From: a virus
Lineage: Duplodnaviria > Heunggongvirae > Uroviricota > Caudoviricetes
Reading direction: 5' to 3' (one strand)
DNA: 50,800 bases
Virus record (IMG/VR): IMGVR_UViG_2563366874_000012
Position 1 is the stretch's first letter. Each line of letters starts with the position of its first letter. Below are positions 39,832-50,005 of this stretch, piece by piece. Position numbers and translations under genes: made by a program. Under the pieces are notes generated by a model that was not told where the DNA came from, searched no databases, and saw nothing but the letters and a program-made list of their open reading frames with translations.

Positions 39832-40370
39832 AAACGGGGTCCGAAGCCATCCGGGCGCTGGCCATGCAGATCCCGGCATTTCGTCAGAAACTGAGCGACG
39901 GCTGGTACCAGGTACGCATTGCCGGGCGTGATGCAGGTGAAACCGAATTGTCTGCCCGTCTTAATGAGCCGCTGGAAAATGGTGCCGTGATCCATATCGT
40001 GCCGCGTCTGGCAGGAGCCAAAAGTGGCGGTGTGTTTCAGGCTGTGCTGGGGGCGGCTGTTATGGCGGTTGCTATATGGATGCCGGGGGTAGGAATTATG
40101 GCGAGTAATCTGCTGTTTTCTCTCGGTGCCAGTATGACGCTTGGCGGTGTTGCACAGATGCTGGCCCCTAAACCCAAAACCCCCCGCACACAGACAACGG
40201 ATAACGGCAAACAGAACACCTATTTTTCTTCACTGGATAACATGGTTGCCCAGGGCAATGTTCTGCCGGTTCTGTACGGTGAAATGCGCGTGGGGTCACG
40301 CGTGGTTTCTCAGGAGATCAGCACGGCAGACGAAGGGGATGGTGGTCAGGTTGTGGTGATTGGTCGCTGA
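39729..40370 (+). CDS. Tail assembly protein I
   Basis: 213-aa ORF MAATHTLPLASPGMARICLYGDLQRFGRRIDLRVKTG... matching recalled lambda gpI N- and C-termini. Confidence 0.75.
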   Translation: MAATHTLPLASPGMARICLYGDLQRFGRRIDLRVKTGSEAIRALAMQIPAFRQKLSDGWYQVRIAGRDAGETELSARLNEPLENGAVIHIVPRLAGAKSGGVFQAVLGAAVMAVAIWMPGVGIMASNLLFSLGASMTLGGVAQMLAPKPKTPRTQTTDNGKQNTYFSSLDNMVAQGNVLPVLYGEMRVGSRVVSQEISTADEGDGGQVVVIGR

Positions 40371-40390
40371 TGCAAAATGTTTTATGTGAA

Positions 40391-40409
40391 ACCGCCTCCG
40401 GGCGGTTTT
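40391..40409 (+). terminator. Terminator-like hairpin between I and J
   Basis: ACCGCC-tccg-GGCGGT followed by TTTATCGTTT. Confidence 0.45.
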
Positions 40410-40430
40410 ATCGTTTATGGAGCATGACGA

Positions 40431-43400
40431 ATGGGTAAAGGCAGCAGTAAGGGGCATACCCCGCGCGAAGCGAAGGACAACCTGAAGTCCACGCAGCTGC
40501 TGAGTGTGATCGATGCCATCAGCGAAGGGCCGGTTGAAGGTCCGGTGGATGGATTAAAAAGCGTGCTGCTGAACAGTACGCCGGTGCTGGACAGTGAGGG
40601 GAATACCAATATATCCGGCGTCACGGTGGTGTTCCGGGCCGGTGAGCAGGAGCAGACACCGCCGGAGGGATTTGAATCCTCCGGCTCCGAGACGGTGCTG
40701 GGTACGGAAGTGAAGTACGACACGCCGATTACCCGGACCATCACGTCGGCAAACATCGACCGTCTGCGCTTTACCTTCGGTGTGCAGGCACTGGTGGAAA
40801 CCACCTCAAAGGGGGACCGGAATCCGTCGGAAGTCCGCCTGCTGGTTCAGATACAGCGTAATGGTGGCTGGGTGACGGAAAAAGACATCACCATTAAAGG
40901 CAAAACCACCTCACAGTATCTAACATCGGTGGTGGTGGGTGACCTGCCGCCGCGCCCGTTCAATATCCGGATGCGCAGGATGACGCCGGACAGCACCACA
41001 GACCAGCTGCAGAACAAAACGCTCTGGTCGTCATACACCGAAATCATCGATGTGAAACAGTGCTACCCGAACACGGCACTGGTCGGCGTACAGGTGGATT
41101 CGGAGCAGTTCGGCAGCCAGCAGGTGAGCCGTAATTATCATCTGCGCGGGCGTATTCTGCAGGTGCCGTCGAACTATAACCCGCAGACTCGGCAATACAG
41201 CGGTATCTGGGACGGAACGTTTAAGCCAGCATACAGCAATAACATGGCCTGGTGTCTGTGGGATATGCTGACCCATCCACGCTACGGCATGGGGAAACGT
41301 CTTGGTGCGGCGGATGTGGACAAATGGGCGCTGTATGTCATCGGCCAGTACTGCGACCAGTCAGTGCCGGACGGCTTTGGCGGCACGGAGCCGCGCATCA
41401 CCTGTAATGCGTACCTGACCACACAGCGCAAGGCGTGGGATGTGCTCAGTGATTTCTGCTCGGCGATGCGCTGTATGCCGGTATGGAACGGGCAGACGCT
41501 GACGTTCGTGCAGGACCGACCGTCGGATAAGGTGTGGACCTATAACCGCAGTAATGTGGTGATGCCGGATGATGGCGCGCCGTTCCGCTACAGCTTCAGC
41601 GCCCTGAAGGACCGCCATAATGCCGTTGAGGTGAACTGGATTGACCCGGATAACGGCTGGGAGACGGCGACAGAGCTTGTTGAAGATACGCAGGCCATTG
41701 CCCGTTACGGTCGTAACGTCACGAAGATGGATGCCTTTGGCTGTACCAGCCGGGGGCAGGCACACCGCGCCGGGCTGTGGCTGATTAAAACGGAGCTGCT
41801 GGAAACGCAGACCGTGGACTTCAGCGTGGGCGCAGAAGGGCTTCGCCATGTACCGGGCGATGTCATTGAAATCTGTGATGATGACTATGCGGGTATCAGC
41901 ATCGGCGGGCGCGTGCTGGCGGTGAACAGCCAGACGCGGACGCTGACGCTCGACCGTGAAATCACGCTGCCATCCTCCGGCATCACGCTGATAAGCCTGG
42001 TTGACGGACAGGGGAATCCGGTCAGCGTGGAGGTTCAGTCCGTCACCGACGGCGTGAAGGTAAAAGTGAGCCGTGTTCCTGGCGGTGTTGCTGAATACAG
42101 CGTATGGGGGCTGAAGCTGCCGACGCTGCGCCAGCGACTGTTCCGCTGCGTGAGTATCCGTGAGAACGACGACGGCACGTATGCCATCACCGCCGTGCAG
42201 CATGTGCCGGAGAAAGAGGCCATCGTGGATAACGGGGCGCACTTTGACGGCGACCAGAGCGGCACGGTGAATGGTGTCACGCCGCCAGCGGTGCAGCACC
42301 TGACCGCCGAAGTCACCGCAGACAGCGGGGAATATCAGGTGCTGGCGCGATGGGACACGCCGAAGGTGGTGAAGGGCGTGAGCTTTATGCTTCGTCTGAC
42401 CGTGGCAGCGGATGACGGCAGTGAGCGGCTGGTCAGCACGGCCAGGACGACGGAAACCACATACCGCTTCACGCAACTGGCGCTGGGAAACTACAGGCTG
42501 ACAGTCCGGGCGGCAAATGCCTGGGGGCAGCAGGGCGATCCGGCATCGGTATCGTTCCGGATTGCCGCACCGGCAGCGCCGTCGCGGATTGAGCTGACGC
42601 CGGGCTATTTTCAGATAACCGCCACGCCGTATCTTGCCGTTTATGATCCGACGGTACAGTTTGAGTTCTGGTTCTCGGAAAAGCGGATTGCGGATATCAG
42701 GCAGGTTGAAACCACAGCCCGCTATCTTGGCACGGCGCTGTACTGGATAGCTGCCAGTATCAATATCAAGCCGGGCCATGATTATTATTTTTACATCCGC
42801 AGTGTGAACACCGTTGGCAAATCGGCATTCGTGGAGGCTGTTGGCCAGCCGAGTGATGATGCATCCGGCTATCTGGATTTTTTCAAAGGAGAGATAGGGA
42901 AAACCCATCTGGCTCAGGAGTTGTGGACGCAGATTGATAACGGTCAGCTTGCGCCTGACCTGGCTGAAATCAGGACGTCCATTACGGATGTCAGTAATGA
43001 AATCACGCAGACCGTCAATAAGAAACTGGAAGACCAGAGTGCAGCGATCTAGCAGATACAGAAGGTTCAGGTTGATACAAATAATAACCTGAACAGCATG
43101 TAGGCTGTGAAGCTGCAGCAGATGCAGGACGGACGCCTTTATATCGCGGGTATTGGTGCCGGTATTGAGAACACCCCTGACGGCATGCAGAGTCAGGTGC
43201 TGCTGGCGGCAGACAGGATTGCGATGGTTAATCCTGCGAATGGCAACACAAAGCCGATGTTTGTTGGTCAGGGCGATCAGATATTCATGAACGAAGTGTT
43301 CCTGAAATATCTGACGGCTCCCACCATTACCAGCGGCGGTAATCCTCCGGCATTTTCCCTGACACCGGACGGGCGGCTGACGGCGAAAAATGCCGATATC

Positions 43401-43910
43401 AGCGGTAGCGTGAATGCGAACTCCGGGACGCTCAACAACGTCACGATTAACGAGAACTGTCGGGTTCTGGGAAAACTGTCCGCGAACCAGATTGAAGGCG
43501 ATCTCGTTAAAACAGTGGGCAAAGCTTTCCCCCGGGACTCCCGTGCACCGGAGCGGTGGCCATCAGGGACCATTACCGTCAGGATTTATGACGATCAGCC
43601 GTTTGACCGGCAGATTGTTATTCCAGCGGTGGCATTCAGCGGTGCCAGACATGAACGGGAGAATAGCGATACTTATTCGTCATGCCGCCTGATAGTGAAG
43701 AAAAACGGGGCTGAAATTTATAACCGAACGGCGCTGGATAATACGCTGATTTACAGTGGCGTTATTGATATGCCTGCCGGTCACGGTCACATGACGCTGG
43801 AGTTTTCGGTGTCAGCATGGCTGGTAAATGACTGGTATCCCACAGCAAGTATCAGCGATTTGCTGGTTGTGGTGATGAAGAAAGCCACCGCAGGCATCAG
43901 TATCAGCTGA
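40431..43910 (+). pseudogene. Host specificity / central tail fibre protein J interrupted by two in-frame TAG codons
   Basis: One reading frame: 873 codons, TAG (43050-43052), 16 sense codons (QIQKVQVDTNNNLNSM), TAG (43101-43103), then 269 further codons [23 protein letters not shown]...; the track's downstream ORF starts at GTG 43107 with no SD. Confidence 0.8.
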
Positions 43911-43929
43911 ATTTTATAACCCCAATACG

Positions 43930-43953
43930 GGCGTCAGAAATGACGCCTTTTTT
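43930..43953 (+). terminator. Intrinsic terminator after J
   Basis: GGCGTCA-gaaa-TGACGCC followed by TTTTTT. Confidence 0.55.
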
Positions 43954-43977
43954 ATTGCAGAAAAGCGAGAGGTAATT

Positions 43978-44577
43978 ATGCGTAAATTATGTGCTGTTAT
44001 TCTGTCCGCAGTAGTCTGGCTGGTTGCCGCTGGTACGCCAGCGAGCGCAGCAGAGCATCAGTCCACACTAAGCGCCGGGTATCTTCAGACCCATACTGAT
44101 ATGCCCGGCAACGATGACCTGAAGGGCATTAACGTGAAATACCGTTATGAATTTACGGACACGCTGGGGCTGGTGACGTCATTCAGTTATGCCAATGCCA
44201 AAGATGAGCAAAAAACGCATTACAGCGATACCCGCTGGCATGAAGATTCAGTGCGTAACCGCTGGTTCAGCATGATGGCGGGGCCGTCTGTACGCGTGAA
44301 TGAATGGTTCAGTGCTTATGCGATGGCAGGTGTGGCTTACAGCCGTGTTTCAACGTTCTCCGGGGATTATCTCCGCGTAACTGACAGCAAGGGGAAAACG
44401 CACGATGTGCTGACCGGAAGTGATGACGGTCGCCACAGCAACACGTCTCTGGCGTGGGGGGCTGGCGTGCAGTTTAACCCGACCGAATCCGTGGCCATTG
44501 ATATTGCTTATGAAGGCTCCGGCAGTGGTGACTGGCGCACTGACGGTTTCATCGTGGGTGTCGGTTATAAATTCTGA
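43978..44577 (+). CDS. lom: Lom-like outer membrane protein (Ail/Lom family), intact
   Basis: 199-aa ORF with signal peptide MRKLCAVILSAVVWLVAAGTPASA and C-terminal beta-barrel signature ...GFIVGVGYKF; flanked by terminators on both sides. Confidence 0.8.
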   Translation: MRKLCAVILSAVVWLVAAGTPASAAEHQSTLSAGYLQTHTDMPGNDDLKGINVKYRYEFTDTLGLVTSFSYANAKDEQKTHYSDTRWHEDSVRNRWFSMMAGPSVRVNEWFSAYAMAGVAYSRVSTFSGDYLRVTDSKGKTHDVLTGSDDGRHSNTSLAWGAGVQFNPTESVAIDIAYEGSGSGDWRTDGFIVGVGYKF

Positions 44578-44604
44578 TTAGCCAGGTAACACAGTGTTAT
44601 GACA

Positions 44605-44630
44605 GCCCGCCGGTTCAGGCGGGCTTTTTT
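44605..44630 (+). terminator. Intrinsic terminator after lom
   Basis: GCCCGCC-ggttca-GGCGGGC followed by TTTTTT. Confidence 0.55.
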
Positions 44631-44999
44631 GTGGAGTGGATATGGCAGCAGTAAAAATCTCAGGTGTGCTGAAAGATGGTGCGGGAAAACCAATACAGAA
44701 CTGCACTATTCAACTGAAGGCAAAGCGTAACAGCACCACGGTACTGGTGAACACGGTGGCCTCTGAAAATCCGGATGAAGCCGGGCGTTACAGCATGGAT
44801 GTTGAGCATGGCCAGTACAGCGTCATCCTGCTGGTTGAAGGTTTTCCGCCTTCACATGCCGGGACCATTACCGTCTATGAAGGCTCCAGACCAGGTACGC
44901 TGAATGATTTTCTCGGTGCCATGACGGAAGATGATGTCATGCCGGAGGCATTGCGTCGTTTTGAGGCAATGGTGGAAGAAGTGGCACGCAACGCCGAAG

Positions 45000-45650
45000 C
45001 CGCCTCTCAGAGCGCAGCGGCGGCAAAGAAATCCGAAACTGCAGCGGCATCATCGAAGAACGCGGCGAAAACCTCAGAAACGAATGCAGCTAATAGTGCA
45101 CAGGCGGCAGCGACCTCAAAGACTGCATCGGCAAACTCCGCGACAGCAGCCAAAAAATCAGAAACCAACGCGAAAAACAGTGAGACAGCCGCAAAGACGA
45201 GCGAAACCAACGCAAAGTCCAGCCAGACGGCAGCGAAAACCAGCGAAACGAATGCTAAAGCCAGTGAAACTGCGGCAAAAAACAGCCAGGCTGCAGCAGC
45301 TGAAAGCGAGAGCGCGGCAGCCGGTTCTGCGACTTCAGCAGCTGGATCAGCAACTGCTGCGGCTAACAGCCAGAAAGCTGCGAAGACGAGTGAAACTAAC
45401 GCAAAGTCCAGCCAGACGGCAGCGAAGACCAGCGAAACGAATGCCAAAGCCAGTGAAACTGCGGCGAAAAGCAGTCAGGATGCAGCGGCCCAAAGCGAGA
45501 GTGCCGCAGCCAGTTCTGCAAGCGCGGCGGCTGCTTCTGCCACTGCATCAGCTAACAGTCAAAAAGCAGCAAAAACCAGTGAAACCAACGCAAAGGTGAG
45601 CGAAACAGCGGCTGCGAACTCAGCGAAAGCATCGGCAGCAAGCCAGACGG
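45000..45650 (+). repeat. In-frame tandem repeat region within the tail fibre gene
   Basis: Reiterated AAKTSETNAK(S/A)S(E/Q)TAAK units; about 120-bp near-identical DNA segments around 45213-45330 and 45393-45510. Confidence 0.6.
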
Positions 45651-46763
45651 CAGCTAAAGCAAGCGAAGATGCAGCCAGAGAGTACGCAAGCCAGGCTGCG
45701 GAGCCGTATAAATATGTCTTACAGCCGCTGCCTGATGTGTGGATACCATTTAACGATTCGCTGGATATGATTACGGGCTTTTCGCCATCATATAAAAAAA
45801 TTGTTATTGGTGACGATGAAATAACGATGCCTGGCGACAAGATTGTTAAGTTTAAACGTGCATCGAAAGCAACCTATATTAACAAATCTGGTGTGCTGAC
45901 AGAGGCTGCCATTGACGAGCCACGATTTGAACGTGATGGCCTGCTTATTGAGGGGCAAAGAACAAACTACATGCTCAATTCGGAAAGCCCTGCCAGTTGG
46001 GGGCGATCGTCAAATATGGATGTGCCCGAAACAGGGACGGATAATTTTGGTTTTACCTATGGAAAGTTTGTCTGCAACGATTCTCTGATTGGGCAAACCT
46101 CAGCCATTAATATGGCATCAATTGCTGCAACAAAGTCAGTTGATGTCTCAGGCGATAATAAACACGTGACAACCTCATGTCGTTTTAAAACAGAACTGCA
46201 GGTAAGGTTGCGTATCCGGTTTGATAAATATGACGGTAGCGCAACAACTTTTCTTGGTGATGCGTATATTGATACACAAACGCTTGAAATTAATATGACA
46301 GGCGGTGCTGCCTCAAGGATTACAGCGAGAGTCAGAAAGGACGAAGCTACCGGATGGATTTTTGCAGAGGCAACAATTCAGGCAATTGATGGGGAGTTAA
46401 AAATAGGCTCTCAGATACAGTATTCTCCTAAGCAGAGCGGGGCAACCGTATCTGGTGACTATATTTATCTGGCCACCCCACAAGTAGAAGATGGGCCTTG
46501 TGTATCATCTTTTATTATATCAGGAGCGACGGCGGCGACCCGCGCAAGCGATATAGTTACAGTTCCAATTAAGAATAATCTTTATAATCTTCCTTTTACG
46601 GTTCTTTGTGAGGTACATAAGAACTGGTATAAAACGCCAAATGCAGCGCCACGTGTTTTTGATACCGGCGGTCATCAAACCGGAGCGGCTATTATTCTTG
46701 GCTTCGGTCGTTCAACAGATTACGACGGATTTCCTTATTGCGATATTGGGTAATGACTCCAAC

Positions 46764-47267
46764 TTATTGATAGTGTTTTATGTTCAGATAATGCCCGATG
46801 ACTTTGTCATGCAGCTCCACCGATTTTGAGAACGACAGCGACTTCCGTCCCAGCCGTGCCAGGTGCTGCCTCAGATTCAGGTTATGCCGCTCAATTCGCT
46901 GCGTATATCGCTTGCTGATTACGTGCAGCTTTCCCTTCAGGCGTGATTCATACAGCGGCCAGCCATCCGTCATCCATATCACCACGTCAAAGGGTGACAG
47001 CAGGCTCATAAGACGCCCCAGCGTCGCCATAGTGCGTTCACCGAATACGTGCGCAACAACCGTCTTCCGGAGCCTGTCATACGCGTAAAACAGCCAGCGC
47101 TGGCGCGATTTAGCCCCGACATAGCCCCACTGTTCGCCCATTTCCGCGCAGACGATGACGTCACTGCCCGGCTGTATGCGCGAGGTTACCGACTGCGGCC
47201 TGAGTTTTTTAAGTGACGTAAAATCGTGTTGAGGCCAACGCCCATAATGCGGGCAGTTGCCCGGCAT
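46764..47267 (-). CDS. insB: IS1 InsB transposase ORF
   Basis: 167-aa ORF ...[43 protein letters not shown]... Confidence 0.9.
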
Positions 47268-47461
47268 CCAACGCCATTCATGGCCATATCAATGATTTTC
47301 TGGTGCGTACCGGGTTGAGAAGCGGTGTAAGTGAACTGCAGTTGCCATGTTTTACGGCAGTGAGAGCAGAGATAGCGCTGATGTCCGGCGGTGCTTTTGC
47401 CGTTACGCACCACTCCGTCAGTAGCTGAACAGGAGGGACAGCTGATAGAAACAGAAGCCAC
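47186..47461 (-). CDS. insA: IS1 InsA
   Basis: 91-aa [94 protein letters not shown]. Confidence 0.9.
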
Positions 47462-47792
47462 TGGAGCACCTCAAAAAAACCATCATACGCTAAATCAGTA
47501 AGTTGGCAGCATCACCCGATATTGGAGGAGCTAACAGACGGGTAAACGAAAACGCATCGCTTGAAAAAATGGTTATGGGGATGCGTGTAAAGTCAGAGCA
47601 GTCTACGTGCTCAGTAAGTAACGGGCATATATCCAGCGAAACAAAAACCACATGGTCCTGTATTCAGAACACCGCAATTATCCGTATTGGAGGCCAGACT
47701 ACAGCCGGGTTACGTCATTTATTTGGTCATGTCAGGAATTTCAGAATATGGCACAAGGCATTGACTGATGCTCAGGTGGGGGAGTCAATCTA

Positions 47793-48074
47793 ATGAAAGA
47801 TTTAACACTCAAATTTGCCGACAGGGCCGACTTTTCGGCCTTTATGGAGAGTATTGGCTATTATGATGACGAGTCGATGCAGGATGATATTCTTATTGAC
47901 GTGATAGGTAACGTGTACAAAGAAACCGGAGAACTGACTGAAGATGGCGAACCGGTATGTGTTAAGGAAGACGGATATTTTGTAAACGTGCGCATCATTA
48001 ATGATTCGCAAATATCGTCATTATTCGATGAATACGTGGTTGCTGTTGAGCATCAACTTCGTGGCTGGATGTGA
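47793..48074 (+). CDS. Hypothetical acidic small protein coupled to the tail fibre genes
   Basis: 93-aa ORF MKDLTLKFADRADFSAFMESIGYYDDESMQDDILIDVIGNVYKETGELTEDGEP...; ATG overlaps stf stop (TAATG). Confidence 0.45.
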   Translation: MKDLTLKFADRADFSAFMESIGYYDDESMQDDILIDVIGNVYKETGELTEDGEPVCVKEDGYFVNVRIINDSQISSLFDEYVVAVEHQLRGWM

Positions 48075-48083
48075 GGAAGAAAA

Positions 48084-49124
48084 ATGGCTACATCGACAGT
48101 AATTCCTGATGACATCAAAACGCTAAAATCCGACGTTAGCAAATTAAAAAACGATCAAGGAAGCTACGCAACAAAATTATATGTAGACAGCAAAGATGAA
48201 ATCGTTGGTGACTGGTCTGCTTCATGGTATCAGCAGGTATTGCCAACTAGCGGAGCTATATTTGGGAGAAAACTCCGCTCAACTCACAGGACGGCAGGTG
48301 TTGAGGATGCGTATTGCGAACTATACCTCAAAAAATGGATAGACAGTCCAGGTAACGCAATGGCGCGCCTTAACCTGAACGATAACGGGACAAACATTTG
48401 CTGGGACTTTACCAACCTTTATGGCGGTACGATGATTTTTCCCGGTGACAGCGGATACCTCAAAATGGGTAACTGCCTTATGTCATACAGCAAGCGTGGA
48501 AGTAACGCGCTTATTAAATTTGATTACACCGACACATTACAGATCAAATATGCCAATCATGGGTCAACCATGACATTAAACACACAGGGAACCGCTTATG
48601 CTGGTGTTACTGCTCAATTGTGGGGCAACTCCAGCCGTCCTGTTGTTTATGAAGTCGGTGTTGATGGTGGCGCTTATATGTTCTATGCGCAGAAAAATAC
48701 CGATAACACCTATATGTTAAGCGTTAATGGTGCATGTCATGCCACCGCATTTAACCAGCATTCCGACCGGGATCTGAAAGACAACATTCAGGTGATCGAT
48801 AATGCAACCGACCGCATCCGTAAAATGAACGGCTATACATACACGCTTAAAGAAAACGGTATGCCCTATGCTGGTGTCATTGCACAGGAAGCTCTGGAAG
48901 CAATCCCAGAAGCTGTAGGTTCCGCAATGAAATATCAGGACGGTGCAAGCGGATCGGAAGGTGAAGAAGGTGAACGTTATTACACAGTAGATTATTCTGG
49001 TGTTACTGGCTTGCTTGTTCAGGTAGCCAGAGAGTCAGACGACAGAATAACAGCACTGGAAGAAGAAAATGCAGAATTAAAACAAAGATTATCTGCAATT
49101 GAGGCGACGCTTGCGTCTAAATAA
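48084..49124 (+). CDS. Tail fibre / tailspike-type protein with C-terminal intramolecular chaperone domain (peptidase S74-like)
   Basis: 346-aa ORF; C-terminus ...SDRDLKDNIQVIDNATDRIRKMNGYTYTLKENGMPYAGVIAQEALEAIPEAV...YTVDYSGVTGLLVQVARESDDRITALEEENAELKQRL resembles the autoproteolytic chaperone of phage fibres. Confidence 0.6.
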   Translation: MATSTVIPDDIKTLKSDVSKLKNDQGSYATKLYVDSKDEIVGDWSASWYQQVLPTSGAIFGRKLRSTHRTAGVEDAYCELYLKKWIDSPGNAMARLNLNDNGTNICWDFTNLYGGTMIFPGDSGYLKMGNCLMSYSKRGSNALIKFDYTDTLQIKYANHGSTMTLNTQGTAYAGVTAQLWGNSSRPVVYEVGVDGGAYMFYAQKNTDNTYMLSVNGACHATAFNQHSDRDLKDNIQVIDNATDRIRKMNGYTYTLKENGMPYAGVIAQEALEAIPEAVGSAMKYQDGASGSEGEEGERYYTVDYSGVTGLLVQVARESDDRITALEEENAELKQRLSAIEATLASK

Positions 49125-49130
49125 TATTAA

Positions 49131-49153
49131 GGGGCCGAGCGCCCCGTTTTATT
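49131..49153 (+). terminator. Intrinsic terminator after second fibre gene
   Basis: GGGGC-cgagc-GCCCC followed by GTTTTATT. Confidence 0.5.
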
Positions 49154-49166
49154 GGGTAGGATGAAA

Positions 49167-49460
49167 ATGGATATAACACCTTTCCTTCATGCACTTTGTG
49201 CTGTGGCTGCGCAGGTACTGGTTGGTCTTTTTACCGGAAACTGGGCTTACGGGGCGATAGCCGGTTGTACGTTCTTCATTGCTCGTGAACATACCCAGGC
49301 AGAATATCGCTGGATTGAAATGTTCGGGCATGGCAAGCGTATGAATATGCCGTGGTGGGGTGGTTTTGATCCGCGCGTGTGGGATGTGGCAAGCCTGATG
49401 GATTTTTCTGTGCCGGTGGTGGCTTGTCTGCTGGTCTGGCTGTTGGTTAATCGTGGGTGA
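49167..49460 (+). CDS. Hypothetical small membrane protein
   Basis: 97-aa ORF MDITPFLHALCAVAAQVLVGLFTGNWAYGAIAGCTFFIAREHTQAEYRW...SVPVVACLLVWLLVNRG with two hydrophobic segments; AGGATGA SD-like upstream. Confidence 0.4.
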   Translation: MDITPFLHALCAVAAQVLVGLFTGNWAYGAIAGCTFFIAREHTQAEYRWIEMFGHGKRMNMPWWGGFDPRVWDVASLMDFSVPVVACLLVWLLVNRG

Positions 49461-49923
49461 AAAAGGGAGTTGTAAACGCAACACAGGAAGAGGTGCCGCT
49501 TCAGGTTGCTGGGAATAAGCGCCGGGGTCTGTTAAATCATGCCAATACGCTAATCGAGCCAGATATTGAGTAGCCTGCAGTCCGTCATGGCGTAATCGTT
49601 TTGTGATATGCTGCACGCCGTATGCAAGGAGCATGATTGCGCTCGGCTGGCGAGCGCTCGATAGTGCTACTATTGAATGATTGCTAGTCTAGGCGGATTG
49701 TACTTAAGTAATATGACGGTTCAAGGCGTTTAATCTGAAACCAGCCACATATTAGCCTTTTCAAACATTTCCTGAACACTCAGGCTTACCTGCTCTTTCT
49801 CGTGCTTGCTGGCATTTGTGTTGAGCGCCGGTGAATACTCTTACTCAACACTCCCAGAATTATATCTGTTGCATCAGGCAGACCATCAAAATTCTTTTGT
49901 CATAAACGAGTTCCACGAATAAT

Positions 49924-49942
49924 GTGCCCTATGGTAGGGCAC
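49924..49942. repeat. Perfect palindrome GTGCCCTA-tgg-TAGGGCAC in non-coding region
   Basis: 8-bp arms with 3-nt centre; 64 nt downstream of the stop of the minus-strand gene at 50006; no U-run, so operator-like rather than terminator-like. Confidence 0.5.
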
Positions 49943-50005
49943 TATTGATATGAATGAGTAGCTAAAAAGATTTTTCGTTATGTATTAATGTATCTGTCAC
50001 TTATT

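Larger units (their letters stand above)
46749..47516 (-). mobile_element. IS1 insertion sequence, 768 bp, with 8-bp target duplication
   Basis: Ends GGTAATGACTCCAACTTATTGATAGTG... (46749) and ...AGTAAGTTGGCAGCATCACC (47516); CGATATTG at 46741-46748 and 47517-47524; carries insA and insB. Confidence 0.9.
44636..47793 (+). pseudogene. stfR: Side tail fibre gene (StfR-like) interrupted by IS1 near its 3' end
   Basis: N-terminus MDMAAVKISGVLKDGAGKPIQNCTIQLKAKRNSTTV...; the frame stops at 46753 inside the IS1 end and resumes after IS1 as (D)IGGANRRVNENASLEKMV...GESI* (47517-47793); frames match if IS1 plus an 8-bp duplication is removed. Confidence 0.75.

Noticed and set aside
41361-42908. 515-codon minus-strand ORF inside J
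   Set aside because: Antisense to the J coding frame in GC-rich DNA. The translation is Arg/Pro-rich and low-complexity, typical of a shadow ORF.
43107-43910. Calling the ORF after the second TAG an independent gene
   Set aside because: It is in frame with J, its proposed start is a GTG with no ribosome-binding site, and its sequence continues J-like C-terminal domain sequence. It is treated as part of an amber-interrupted J.
44931-45840. Long Arg/Lys-rich (plus strand, 222 aa) and Ala-rich (minus strand, 146 and 93 aa) ORFs overlapping the fibre gene
   Set aside because: These are created by the tandem GCn/AAn repeats of the fibre shaft read in other frames or on the opposite strand. They have no independent start context.
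49149-49634. 161-codon minus-strand ORF
   Set aside because: It overlaps the plus-strand membrane-protein ORF and the terminator, and its translation is His/Pro/Gln-rich without recognisable features. It is probably spurious, although it cannot be fully excluded.
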